From NCBI RefSeq assembly GCF_009834535.1, contig NC_045698.1, positions 10,356,001 to 10,420,000 of the forward strand: 64,000 nucleotides of DNA, in the 5' to 3' direction. Below the pieces are notes generated by a model. The model searched no databases and was not told the DNA's origin. It was given only the letters and a program-made list of their open reading frames with translations. The DNA comes from Camelus ferus. Taxonomy: Eukaryota. Position numbers and translations under genes: made by a program. This document shows, in pieces, positions 51,601 through 63,154 of the stretch. How positions within the stretch are numbered: the first letter of the stretch is position 1; each line of letters opens with the position of its first letter.

Positions 51601-53469
51601 TTGTTCCTTTTCCCCCCAGCAGCCTGGTAAGGAGTCACCGTCATGTCATTGTCAGGAAACTGGAGGACTTGTCAGATACCCACGCCCAGTACCTGCCAGG
51701 GATGGGCTGGAACCCCTGCCCCACTGCTTCTGAATGACCATTAATCTGTGAAGTGCTTGCTTGAAGGGACAGGCAGGCTTTAAACTCTAGAGCTTCAGCC
51801 TGAACAAAGCAGCGACGACCTCTGCCCCCCGGAGCCTGTGTGCTGCTGGGACTGAAACAGAAGGCAGGCAGGAGGGCGTGTTGGTGAAGCGTGTCCAAAC
51901 TCAGGGGCTTTAAGTTCAGTGACAGCCATCCTCGGCAATCCAGCTTTTACCCTAGGACGTTTAGAAATGTCTTCAAGCCTTCTTGCCATTGTGAACATGA
52001 AGAGAGGGTTAAACTGAAACACGATCCTTTTCTCAGTCTGCAGCTAGCAAGCTCTGGTCCCTTTTCCTTTTTTTCTTGCGTTAAAAAAAAAAAAGCCTTT
52101 ATTAATCACAGATGTCTCAAATTTAGAGACTGGGGCTAAGAGGCGATTTCTCTTCTCCCAGCAGGTTTTGTGCTGTGTGTTCACATGGTGAAGCTCTTTC
52201 CTGTGTGGGGCTGAGGGTCAGGGCCTCTGCTTTCCCCTCCTTTCTTCAGCTTTTTTCTTTATTTAAGAAGAAATCTAGCATGGACTTTGGATGAACTCTG
52301 ACTTCAGCAAAGAGCCATCTATGTGGGGTTGTTTTCCCCTCAAAATAAGAAGAGAGAAACTTTGATTTCCTCTCTAAGGGCTTCAGGCAGATCACAAATG
52401 GCTTTTTTTTGTACACATGAGCATCTTTTTAAATGACTGAGATGTGCTGATAGTATGTCTTTATGCTGCAGTTTACTTTGTCCTCTTAAGGAACAAGTTT
52501 TTAAAAATAGAAACAGAATGAAGTGCTTCATCTAGGTTGCTTCATTCATTATTCATACACTGAAAAATGATTTTGAATATGTCTTGCATACCACACTGGG
52601 CCTGTGACTACAAAACAGTTAAACCGAATCCTGGTGTCCCGAGTGCTCACACTTCGCATAAATATAACCAAGTAAGCTCTGTGGTGAGTTCTGTACTACC
52701 AGGGAGTCCTGGAGGAGGTTGCCTTGACCACCTGACATTTGTGGACCAGGCTTTACAGTTTGTAAAGCTCGTTTATTTCTGCTATTTCTTGTAATCCTCT
52801 CTTAGTCCTGTCAGATGAGGAAATTCAGATGCCAGAATGTTGGCCCAGGGGCAGGGCTGTTGAGGGGAAGAGCCAGGCTCAAGCTCAGACCCTTTGATGA
52901 GCCCAGAGTCCCTTCCGACGTCCTCAGTTGATCTTCCATCTGGACGTTGAACCAGCAGGGGTTCCCCAGGCCGGGAGAGAAGGGCACCTCCCCACAAGGC
53001 ATGCTGTGTGCGGCGGGTGTTCACAGACGTGGGCGCTGGTGACAGGGTGGAAAGGCAGCAGGACCGAGCATCCTGAGTGTTGAGCGGTAACTGAAGGTGG
53101 AAACAGGAACGACACAACTTTGAGTGACACACGAGCTTTCCGCCATGTTTCTCAGGGCAGTTGGGGCCAGGCTCCGCTGGGGGACGTGCCAGGGGACGTT
53201 CCTGTGCTCCCCACCCTCACCACGGGCATCCGCAAGACAGCATCACATAGCGCGAGCCGGTGCAGGAGTGGCTGTGGACTGCTCTGAATGACCATCTTGT
53301 AAGCAAATAATTCACACACTCACGACCTTGACTGAAATTAGATGTGACATATAGCTCATCTCAGAACTGACGGAGACACAGCACCAAGTCAGGATGTCGC
53401 CGTTCATGGGGGTGGACGTGAGTCATCAGGCAGCGCTCAGGCTGGGAAACAGCCTGTGGCTGGGAATCG

Positions 53470-53615
53470 ATTCGTTCACGCACCCATTCATTATTTATTC
53501 AACATATACTTATTAAGCTCCAAGGATGTGCCAGACGTCCCGCTGGCAGCTGGGCCCGCAGCTGTCAACAAACCACACCCCGTGCCCGCCCACGTGAGGC
53601 CTGGAGTCTAAGGTC
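53470..53615 (-). mobile_element. L2 3' end
   Basis: cattcattatttattcaacatatacttattaagctcc...atgtgccagac is the antisense L2 tail. Confidence 0.6.
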
Positions 53616-55659
53616 ATGGTGCTTCCTGTCCTGACAGCTCCTCAGCTAAAAGTGCTGTTGTGGCTGGGTGATGCAGAGCCCTGCCTGGGCCTCCACCCCA
53701 GATTTACGCTTGTTGTTGACCTGCGCCATCCACAGTCCACCTGCGCAGAGAGCAGGGTCTCATAGGAAGGGGGCTGCCCCAGGAGAGTTTGTGCCTGGCC
53801 AGGACACTTCAGACGCAGGCATCGCGGCGTCACTGGGAGCTCCTCTAAGGAAGGCACCTGTGTGCAGACCAGTAACTCAGGATCCACCCAAGGAGACCCT
53901 CTAAAGCTCTGTTCATTGTGTGATTGATGCTTCCCGTGTGCCCAGGAACTTTGGAGACCTTGATTCTACTGGATGCCATTAGGACATGTTGTTTAATTTA
54001 AAATTTGCAGCAGAGCAGTTGGCCTAGTGGTCAGTCTGTTCTTTAGATAACTAAAAATAATAGCAGACACTTTATTTCATTCTAATGGTTTGATTTAGGT
54101 TTAAATAATTTTTAAGTCTTAAAAATTCCTGATTTATGCATTATGTCACAATCCAGTAAAGACTGTATAAATGGGCTGTTAAACTCACAGTGTCCAAGTC
54201 AGTGGATTTTCTGTGTTGAAAAGAAAAAACTACAATTTATTGTTTTTTCCAAAAGTGTCAAACACCTTGAAGAATTGAGCATTATTGTTTAAAAAAAAAA
54301 CTGAAAAGAGAAGAAATTTATCTGTTTGCTTTTGGTTTTGGTTATGTTTTCCATTGGTGATCACCCAAATTGTGACTAATGTAAGGAGAAGATCTGCACA
54401 AGACAAAATAATCTGCCTGTCTTACAGACAGGTGAAGGAATTTTCCCTCTGCATTTTCAGACTTCTGAAACGAAATTGTTTTTTAAGGTAAAATTTTAAA
54501 ATTCACCAAAACTTCCTTCTGAGTTTATACTTGCTGCTAGCATTTTTCTAAGTCATAAATATTCTAGTGAAGTGAAATAATGTCACTGAAATGACTTGAT
54601 GAAAAGCAGCTCAGGAAGAGAACCCCTTTTCCCTTCAGAATAGCAATTTGTCTGCAGCACCGGTGAGCTCTGACCTTGGACAGCTCTGCCTCCGTCCTGG
54701 GTCTAGGCTGGAACGGTTGGGCCATGGTCAAGTTTATAATACTTGACCTGCCAGGTGAGGCAAAAACAATCTCTTTTAACTCTGCTTCCAAAGTGCAGAG
54801 AACCAGATCCTCTGCGACTGAGCCCAGGAAGAAGCTAGGAGATGACGTCTCTCGTTTCTTTTTCTTTTTAACCATTTTTACAAACCCAGCTTATTTCCTA
54901 AGCAAGGCCGGAATGCCCTGAGAGTCATCCTTGTAAAACCAGCCAGGTCCCACAGGGCTTTACTGAGGGACTGCAGCCTCCTAAGACTGCTGCTGACCCG
55001 GGGAGGGGTCTGTGTGTCAGGGAGGCTGCCCACAGCTGCCCACCCCGTCCAAGAGCTCTCACTTCTCCGCAACCTGCGAGCTTCCCTGGACACAGACCAT
55101 GTCAGAGTTCATAGTGGCGACCCCTTCACTGGAGGGATCATATTACATGCTGCATTGCTCCCGTGTCAGATTCCCCCATATTCTCACTTTTAGGCACAAA
55201 AACATGTGGAAAGCTCATTTGTTGGCTTAGACAGTGTCCCCATCACTTCTAATGTGTGAGTCTCTGCTTATGAACGTTAGGACCTGCAGCTGATTTAGTT
55301 TTATTGAAGTGCATTGGCCTCCGTCTTTTTCTGGCCTCCCTTGGCTCATACGAGGTGCAGCAGGGCTCCATCAGGAACACCGCATCACCTGCCGGCCAGT
55401 CCGGGCTGTCTCGCTGCCTCCACCCGGATGCCGCCTTCACGGTTCTTTGTCCTGTGCGGTTACTCAGCTGAATGTCCATGGAGGAAATGCTGTCCCTAGA
55501 ACAGGGCTCTGTCTCTTCTGGCTGGAGAGTTCTGCAGTTTCTGGTCGATACTTGATGCATGCCTGCTGCATACCAGGCTCTGTGCAGGCCCTGGGCTCAC
55601 CGCACAGACGAGGCCCCTGCCTTCCTGCAGCTTCGTGAGCTCGTAATGGGTTATTTGTC

Positions 55660-55996
55660 CAAAGGCCAGCTTCAGCGCTGCCTCCTTCATGAAGGCTTCC
55701 GTGATCCCCCCCACCTGATGCCCCTTCTTAACTTCTGCCAGGGTTTGTATCCGCTGATAGCATTCAGTGTCCCAGTTGTACCTGAATGGTGGTGGTGTGG
55801 TGCGATCGTTGAACGCACTGCATGGTGTGTCGCCTGCGTGGAGGACGTAGATTTATTCATCTCTCTCCAGTGACAAGTACAGGGTTTGGCTCTGAGTCCC
55901 AGCACAGTAAATGACTGTGAAATATGTCACCTGCTGTGGCCAGCACAGTGTCTTGCTAATAGTTGGTACTTAGAAACACTTTAGCTGAATAAATGA
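55660..55996 (+). mobile_element. L2 3' end
   Basis: gcctccttcatgaaggcttcc...agcacagtgtcttgc...gctgaataaatga matches the L2 terminus. Confidence 0.5.
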
Positions 55997-57285
55997 TCAT
56001 CTGGCATGTGGATTGTCCCAACTCTCCTCTTCCTTTTGTTCTTCCTGTTCCCAGGGGAGGGACCACGTCTGCCTCGCTCGCCTCTTATCCTCGGTCGGCA
56101 CCTGAGAAGGTCCCTCTGAGGCTCTTCCTGCAATGCGTGTTGTTAATGGTTTCTCCTCCCTCGTCCAGATGGTACCTGAGGAAAACGAGGCTGATGTGGG
56201 AACGTTTTAGTAATTCTTCTGTAAAACTAAATAAAAATACGTGCGCACATACGAAGGGGAAAAGGTTTTTACTCTTAAACAGAATGGTGCATTGACTAGT
56301 TTTGAGCCAAAGTCTGCCTCTGAGAAGATCAAGATTTTTAAGAATGAGTGATCCTGCTTGAAATGCGTCATCTGTTTATGGGAGATTATACCCTCTCCCC
56401 ACGCGAGCTGGGGCAAGGAAGGAACAGGCCGGCAGGCAGACGGCTCTCCGCTGTCTAGCCCCGGCGTCTGGAGCATCTGTGGGAAACGAGTGTTGCCTCT
56501 GGTACATATAATCACAGGATTGGGAGGACTTAACTCCCTTGCCTTTTAACCGCAGCACATAATGCTCTCCAGTGCCACAGAGGTGAATACAGCTAATACA
56601 GTTGTCTGTGTGAACTCAGTTTTTTAAAGATGATTTTATTTTTAAGACTTCAAAAGATTTAAGAAGCTAACAAGCTAGTGAATGACCTTCTTCCCTCCAT
56701 TTCTCATCGTGTGGCGTTTTATTCCCCTTCACCGCGCCGGGGCCCTCCTAGGGCCCAGTGCCCGGGAAGGGGCCCTGCAGTGTCCTGGGTCAGTGGTTTT
56801 CCGTTTGTAGAATGACGCCTCACAGAACTCCATGAGTCTTTTGAGTGTCAGCTGTTACCTAAGTTTCTTTATAGCTCCTTTTTCCTCCTGAAAAATTGTG
56901 AACTCGGTGTTGACTGTGTTTAATTTTTGAGATCCAGTGAGAAGATTCATTTGAATGTATTTTCAAATAACATTTTGGTTATTTCACCACGGCTTCTCCT
57001 CCTCACATTTCTTTTAAAAAACGTGTTGTTGTTTTGTTCATTGTTGCCGGCATTTACTCCAACATGTGCAGTAACTTTGCTGAGGCTGAGAGCAAGGACG
57101 CCACACGCCTGTGTGGTTCCAGAGAATGCCGAGGGCCGGCTCTCCCCGTGAACCAGCCAGCTCTGCCCTTTCACAGCCGCTGGCCTCACCCTGGCACTGA
57201 ACTTTCTAGAAGGGTGCTGTTTGTCACAGTGCCTGACCAGATCAAAGCTATCTGACATATACACGCACACACGTATACATACATG

Positions 57286-57873
57286 CAGGCAGACCTCGCT
57301 TTATTTTTTGCACTTCCCGTGGCTTCCCCTACCTGGCCTTCTCCTGTGGACCTCTATTCTCCATCTCCTCCGAGGCCTCTGACCCTCTGCCTGCCCTCTC
57401 TTGCTGGTCATCCTGAGAGCCCATTCCCTGGCTCTTTTCTCTCCCTCCACATTTTTCTTGGATGATTTATATTCATGTCTTTAGAGACTGCATTTTTAAC
57501 TAAGTGAAGGTTTGTGACAACTCTGCCTCTGTTGGCACTGTTTTTCCAACAGCATTTGCTCACTTTGTATCTCAGTGTCACATTTTGATGATTCTTACAA
57601 TATTTCAAACCCTCCACCAGCAAAAAGATTACAGTTTACTGAAGGGTCAGATGATGGTTATCATTTTCAGCAATAAAGTGTTTTTTAATTAAGGTGTCCG
57701 CATTGTTTTTTTTAGACAATGCTGTTGCACACTTAATAGACTACAGTATATTGGAAACATAACTTTTACGTGCCCTGGGAAACCACAAAAATTCTTCTGA
57801 CTCACTTTTTTGTGATACTCACTTTATAGCAATGGTCTGGAACTGAATCCACAATATCTCCAAGGTCTGCCTG
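57286..57873 (+). mobile_element. Tigger1-derived internally deleted element (Tigger1a_Art-like), interrupted at about 57317-57481
   Basis: TIRs caggcagacctcg ... caaggtctgcctg (12/13 complementary) with a right-flank TA. A Tigger1 5' block (gaaggtttgtgacaac...aatatttcaaac) is fused directly to a 3' block (ctccaccagcaaaaagattac...). Confidence 0.88.
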
Positions 57874-58402
57874 TATGTATGTTTATTGAGTGGTACTTGT
57901 ATTCGCTAGGAGTGAGTCAGACTAACACATTTATCCAACAGGATTAGTTTTAATTTCTGTTGAATTCTTCTTTAAGCCATTCTTTCTTGGGTTTTGTCCA
58001 CCAAAAAAACAGGTAAAAATAATTTAAACTTTCAGTCCTCCCGTATCTGTGATGGTGACGTTTTGAGTCTGTGTGATAATGATGCTGGTCTTCAGAGTTG
58101 GTGACTTGGGGTTTTTTTGGAGGGGGCAGGACATCTGGAGAAAAATCATCTCTGGCAGAACTCAAGTTGGGAAACATTGGACGGGTGAGCACGCGGGTTG
58201 GACTGCCCCCGACACATCCCACCCCTGCTCCCCAGGGTAGCACCAGCGGGCGCAGCTCCTGGCTGGCGGGCCACTGACCTTGGTGTCAGCTGGGTGGTGC
58301 TGAAACTCGTAGGCACAACGGCACCGGCCGGGACCTCGGGAGGCTTTGGGGGCCGTCAGTCACGCTCGCCTGTCTCTCTCTCTCCCTCTCTCACCCCATC
58401 AG

Positions 58403-58695
58403 ACTCGCTGTCTGTCTCCAGCAACGATGCCAGCCCGCCCGCCTCCGTGGCCTCCCTCCAGCCCCACATGATGGGGGCGCAGAGCTCCCCGGGCCCCAAG
58501 CGCCCAGGCAACACGCTGCGCAAGTGGCTGACCAGCCCGGTGCGGCGCCTGAGCAGCGGCAAGGCCGACGGGCACGTGAAGAAGCTGGCGCACAAGCACA
58601 AGAAGAGCAGGGAGGTGCGCAAGAGCGCCGACGCCGGCTCACAGAAGGACTCGGACGACAGCGCGGCCACCCCGCAGGACGAGACCGTCGAAGAG
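58403..58695 (+). CDS. TRIO: TRIO coding exon (~exon 35), SH3-to-GEF2 linker: (D)[12 protein letters not shown]...[16 protein letters not shown]...PQDETVEE
   Basis: Acceptor ctctctcaccccatcag|AC, donor GAG|gtgagg, 293 nt, phase 1/0. Contains the [10 protein letters not shown] motif of the Trio/Kalirin family. Confidence 0.97.
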
Positions 58696-60138
58696 GTGAG
58701 GGCCCCGCACGCACAGCCGCCCAGGCCCCACAGGGCCTCCGGCACCTCCTCCCAGAGCCGCGGGAACAGCTGCTGGTCCTGTGAATGCACTCACTCGGTG
58801 GTTTTCCGTGTGTTCCCAGGGAGGACCCATGTCAGAGCCCAGCTGAGGTCCTTTAGCCTGCCTGCTAGGGTTAAGGGGCCTACGTGTGGCTTCTGATCAA
58901 GGGATCAGGGGACCGAGAGCCCCCTCCCAAGACATGGACACCCCTGCCTGCTCCATGAGGAAGGGGGTGCCCTGCTGCCTCGGCCCCCTCTTCCCTCCAA
59001 TCACAGGCAAAGCCCAGGTTGCCGCCCATGTTGCGGAAGATTTCAGCGGTCCCTGAGGTTAGCACTCAGCCACAGTGGCAGCGTTTTGCAGGGAAAGCTC
59101 CAGTTTTAGACTTGAGGGGCCTGCAGGAATGTGTGCATCCTTTAGTTATTTCTACCACCACGCCTGCCCCCATATTCATACTTATATTTATCTTGAGTAG
59201 AAAAAAACCCAGTTAATTTACTTTGCTAACCCAGTAATAAACACCGGATTACTCCCACGTCATCAAAGATAAAAATGTGAAAAAAAATAGTGTACATAGT
59301 CAACCAGGAATTATTTTTAATTTCCTTTTTGGGGGAGTGGGAGGCTTCAGTTCCCTCCTGATCCCCAAGATGGGCCTTCAGCAATGTGGTGTCAGTGAGG
59401 GGCCCTCAGTGTTTTTAGCTTGAACCTCCGCTACCCTCCAGTTCCCTCACAGACTCAAAAAGAAAAAGGCAGAGACAGAGAGAGAGAGAGAGGACAAGAT
59501 TTGTATCGTGTAATTTATTTTGCAGATGTGGGGTTTCTGCTGCTTTTTTCCTGGGCCTGCTTTTGCTGTGGGTTTTCACTGGAGTGTATGGTTCGTTTAC
59601 ATCCTCATCTGTTTTCTATACCATGTCCTCTTAGTAGAAATAAAACTGACGTTTTTTTCCTAAAAGTAAAAATAGAGGAAAATTAATGTGATAATTCAGA
59701 TTCTTAAAATGCATCTTGAATTGTGTTTTTCTTTATGCCCGCATGATTTCAGTGAATTTTATTCATGCAAAGTACCAAAAGTGAAATGATAGAAGACTGG
59801 AGGAACTGAGGGGTATGGTCCAAATTTTTGAACTTTTTTTTTTTAATTGGCTTCTTAAAGATGAGATATGTTCAGAGCCTGACGGTTAACGTTGGTAGGC
59901 CCTTCCAAAGACACTCCCAGCGGCCCTTTCCTCTTCCAAGTTGGCCAGCAAGGGAGTTAGATTGCAGGAGGGGATGAATGTTCCCATCGGGCTGGAAGGA
60001 GCTTGGGCCTGATTCCTGCATCTCAGTTTCAGTCCCGGCTGTGCTTTTTCCAGTTAACCCCTGGGGGCTCGGTTTCTGTGAGCTGACCGTGACAGCCAGG
60101 GCCTTGGTTCTAATGGGCGAATGTCGGTCTGGTTTCAG

Positions 60139-60309
60139 AGAGGCCGGAATGAGGGCCTGAGCAGCGGCACGCTCTCCAAGTCCTCGTCCTCAGGCATGCA
60201 GAGCTGCGGAGAGGAGGAAGGTGAGGAGGGGGCGGACGCCGTGCCTCTGCCCCCGCCCATGGCCATCCAGCAGCACAGCCTGCTCCAGCCAGACTCACAG
60301 GACGACAAG
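60139..60309 (+). CDS. TRIO: TRIO coding exon (~exon 36): [57 protein letters not shown]
   Basis: Acceptor tctggtttcag|AGA, donor AAG|gtaagg, 171 nt, phase 0/0. Confidence 0.96.
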
Positions 60310-61361
60310 GTAAGGGGGCCTAGGCTGCCCTGAGCGAGGAGAGGGGGCCTCATGGTTGCCTGGTGTGCCCCAGCCTCACTGCAGGACATAGAGAACATCC
60401 CGGGGCTGGGAAAATGTACCTGGAAGACATGCTGATTTTCCAGGCAGAATTCTGCCTATTTTCCCTCTAAAAGTATGGATAACAAAAGCTACTTCCTAAG
60501 CTGTAGGAATATGCCCAGTCTCTCATACACAGGTGCTTATATAAATCCATTCATTGCACTTTTTAATGGATGCTCTAGTAATTGCTACTTCTAAAGTCAT
60601 TTTAATTTTTGTCGCTGTGCTGACGAGGGTCCCTGAGAGGCCAGTCAGAGAAATCACACGCCGCCTGCGTGGTTATGGCCTAAATGCATATGAGCCTGTC
60701 TGGTTCTCTCTGTTAGGTGTCTTTGCGTATAGGTCTTGTTTTCAGATGAGATGCATTGCTGTCCAGTTCCTTTTTCCAACATGGCAAACATCTGGATCAA
60801 ACTGGACTGTGGGGCTAGTTGTCAGAGTGCAGGAATCAGTTCAAAGCCATGAATCTACTCTTTGGATGTGTGAGGAGGCTTCGAGCCAAGTAAATCTTGT
60901 TTTCTGTTTTCTGTTTTTTGGGGGTTTTTTTTTTCCCTTTTTTGGAGTTCTTACAGAATCTCAGATTGTTTTGCCCATCCCAGTGGTAGATCCCTAAAAT
61001 GCCAAAGAGGAAACCTGATACCTGTGCCCTGCACATCCTCTCACGTTCTGGCACATTCTGCCTCTCTAAACTGGCAGGTGTTGAAAACTGCACTATAAAG
61101 TAATTTCTGGTGATTTTTTTTTTTTTTGGCAGTAACTAAATTTTGTGAATTAAACAGTTGTTTTAATCAGTTTCCCCCTTCTTCCCCTTTCTCCTTCCCT
61201 GGCTACCTCCTCTGCACTAACACAGTCACTGGCTGGATGGCCCGTATGTCATGAGCTGGGGTCGGCCCCCACCCAGTGATTGACAGCAGCAGGGCCCAGG
61301 CGGACCCTGCGTTAGTCTTCACCCAAGGGCCCTTCCCTGTAGGAGCTGCTTCCTTCTCCTC

Positions 61362-61432
61362 CAGTGGCCTCGTGTACAGTGAGGGTGCCGTGGGTCTTGG
61401 CAGAAGGAGGGAACCTGGGTTCGAGCCTGGAG
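61362..61432 (+). mobile_element. MIR 5' (tRNA-like) head fragment
   Basis: gtgggtcttggcag...acctgggttcgagcctgg resembles the MIR head, with an intact B box GGTTCGAGCC. Confidence 0.45.
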
Positions 61433-61888
61433 TTTGGGGGGCATCTCCGGTGCAGACCCCGTGCTGTGGGGGGCAGAAGGGCCTGGGATGAGAGAGGAGC
61501 TCACCCCCTGCTGCCCAGAGCAGACCCACCAGGGAGTGGGGCTCTGAGCACTCCTCAGTTACTTTCTAGCATTCATTCTAAGCTATACCTTTTTAAAGGC
61601 AGAAGACAGAAATTGCCTAAATCTGGATGGTTGGCCAGAAAGTGAGGGGCCAGGCCTGGTTGACTGATTCACCACATAAGAGAGTGTTTTTCTCCTGTGT
61701 AAAGAGTGGATTGCACAATATTCTTCTTTTTGCTAAAATCATTTATTGGCTGTTGTGTTACCGCATTGGGTATTATCAATAGAAATTCTTCTTTTACAAG
61801 AATCTGTAGTGATGTTCCCAGGGACTATTATCTTGTGACTAATATTCTGTTTTGTTCTGTTTTCTCTTTTTGTAAACTTTCACTGCAG

Positions 61889-61948
61889 CATTATGTTGAT
61901 TTGTGTTCTGTGTCTGTTTTGGCTCAGTTTCCTTACCTCTCCATTTGA
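61889..61948 (+). CDS. TRIO: TRIO alternative terminal exon (Solo/Trio8/TrioC type): HYVDLCSVSVLAQFPYLSI*
   Basis: Branch point gACTAAT (61838-43), a long AG-free pyrimidine tract and cactgcag|CAT. Phase 0 fits the DDK donor at 60309. Encodes 19 mostly hydrophobic residues then TGA, matching the described short C-terminal tail of Solo/Trio8 (from memory). Confidence 0.82.
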   Translation, partial: HYVDLCSVSVLAQFPYLSI

Positions 61949-62739
61949 AGTTTTTTCCTTGTTCTCTTCACCTCATAGTCCAGATTCCATTAGACCAAGC
62001 CAACATTTGTTTTACCAAGTGCATATCTGGATCCACATTGTAAAAGCCTTGTTGTAAGCGTATAATCCGTATCTGTCTGCTGTGAGACACGCATCATTAG
62101 GACGGCTAGCCGTGTGTCGCATGCGTCTCTGCCGTCCTTAATATGAAGCAAGGTTCATATTACCTCCCTTCTAGTTTCCAGTAAATTAATGGTGCACGTA
62201 ATCTGCAAACACGCCGTGTTTGCTAATTACTGAAACTTGAACTCAGTAGCCCCTCCCCAGATCCCTTACCTGTCCACCCCTGTACACCCTGGCTCTGGCC
62301 GTAAATGGCATCTGATAGCTTGTGAGGCCACAGATCTCCTGTCCTCTGCACTAATCATTGGGGAAATGGATGGCACAGAAAATGGTGAGCTTGTCCCCCT
62401 CTTCCCTGTCTGGTCAGTGCTCCGGGTTCCTTTCCTTTTCCTGTTGCTTTCTTTTAGCCCCGTCCATGCAGTAAAGCCATTTTTAGTATCCTATTTTGTT
62501 TCCCAATTATTTAAAGGGTTCACTCATTCACCTTCAGGCCTTTCTCTCTTCCGTTGATCAGATTCTCCATTTTTTCCCTCCTTAGCCAGTAGCCCAGCCA
62601 GCAGTGGCAAAAGTTAGAATTTTCCCATGCCTCTTTGAAAAATGTTCTGATGGTACATGACTGCGGATTAAAAACAGACTTTGTCTGCTTTCCACATGTG
62701 TCCCAGACAGGTCTTATTTAATATTTCATGTCAGAGTAT

Positions 62740-62803
62740 TGTAAATTTTAAAAGATGGCTTTAAATAAATGCAAACAAAGACAAACTTGTGGTCGTTTTG
62801 TCT
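62740..62803 (+). terminator. Candidate intronic polyadenylation signal for the alternative terminal exon
   Basis: TGTA (62740), AATAAA (62764-69), CA (62782-83), then GU-rich ttgtggtcgttttgtct (62787-62803). Confidence 0.55.
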
Positions 62804-62906
62804 GGAATTACTTTTAAGAAGAGAATAAGCTTGCAGGAGAAATTTCTGTCTGTCCGGTGACTAACATGGGCATTCCCCTCCCCGTCTCTCTGACCTTCCT
62901 CCGCAG

Positions 62907-63002
62907 GCCTCCTCCCGGTTGTTGGTCCGCCCCACCAGCTCCGAAACGCCGAGCGCAGCCGAGCTCGTCAGTGCGATTGAGGAGCTCGTGAAAAGCAAGA
63001 TG
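62907..63002 (+). CDS. TRIO: TRIO coding exon (~exon 37): [32 protein letters not shown]
   Basis: Acceptor accttcctccgcag|GCC, donor ATG|gtaagg, 96 nt, phase 0/0. Confidence 0.96.
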
Positions 63003-63154
63003 GTAAGGCTGCCCAGAGGCCTGGTCCGAGGGCTGGAAGGTGCCCCAGGTGCCGCCTGCTGGTGGGCCTTCCCTTGTCCACGGGTGGCTCTTGTCTGCAG
63101 GGTGGAGTTCAGAGCCCCCAAGCCCACCCTCGCTTCTGACCAACCACAGGTTTA

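Noticed and set aside
59420..59686. ORF with a hydrophobic, Cys-rich stretch (FLLLFSWACFCCGF)
   Set aside because: It starts at TTG, the composition is explained by T/G-rich intron sequence, and there is no convincing compatible splice pair.
61270..61550. Possible intronic C/D-box snoRNA (unverified recollection of one annotated in a human TRIO intron)
   Set aside because: Only degenerate C boxes (gtgattga, gggatga) and a ctga without a terminal stem. An Rfam/Infernal search would be needed.
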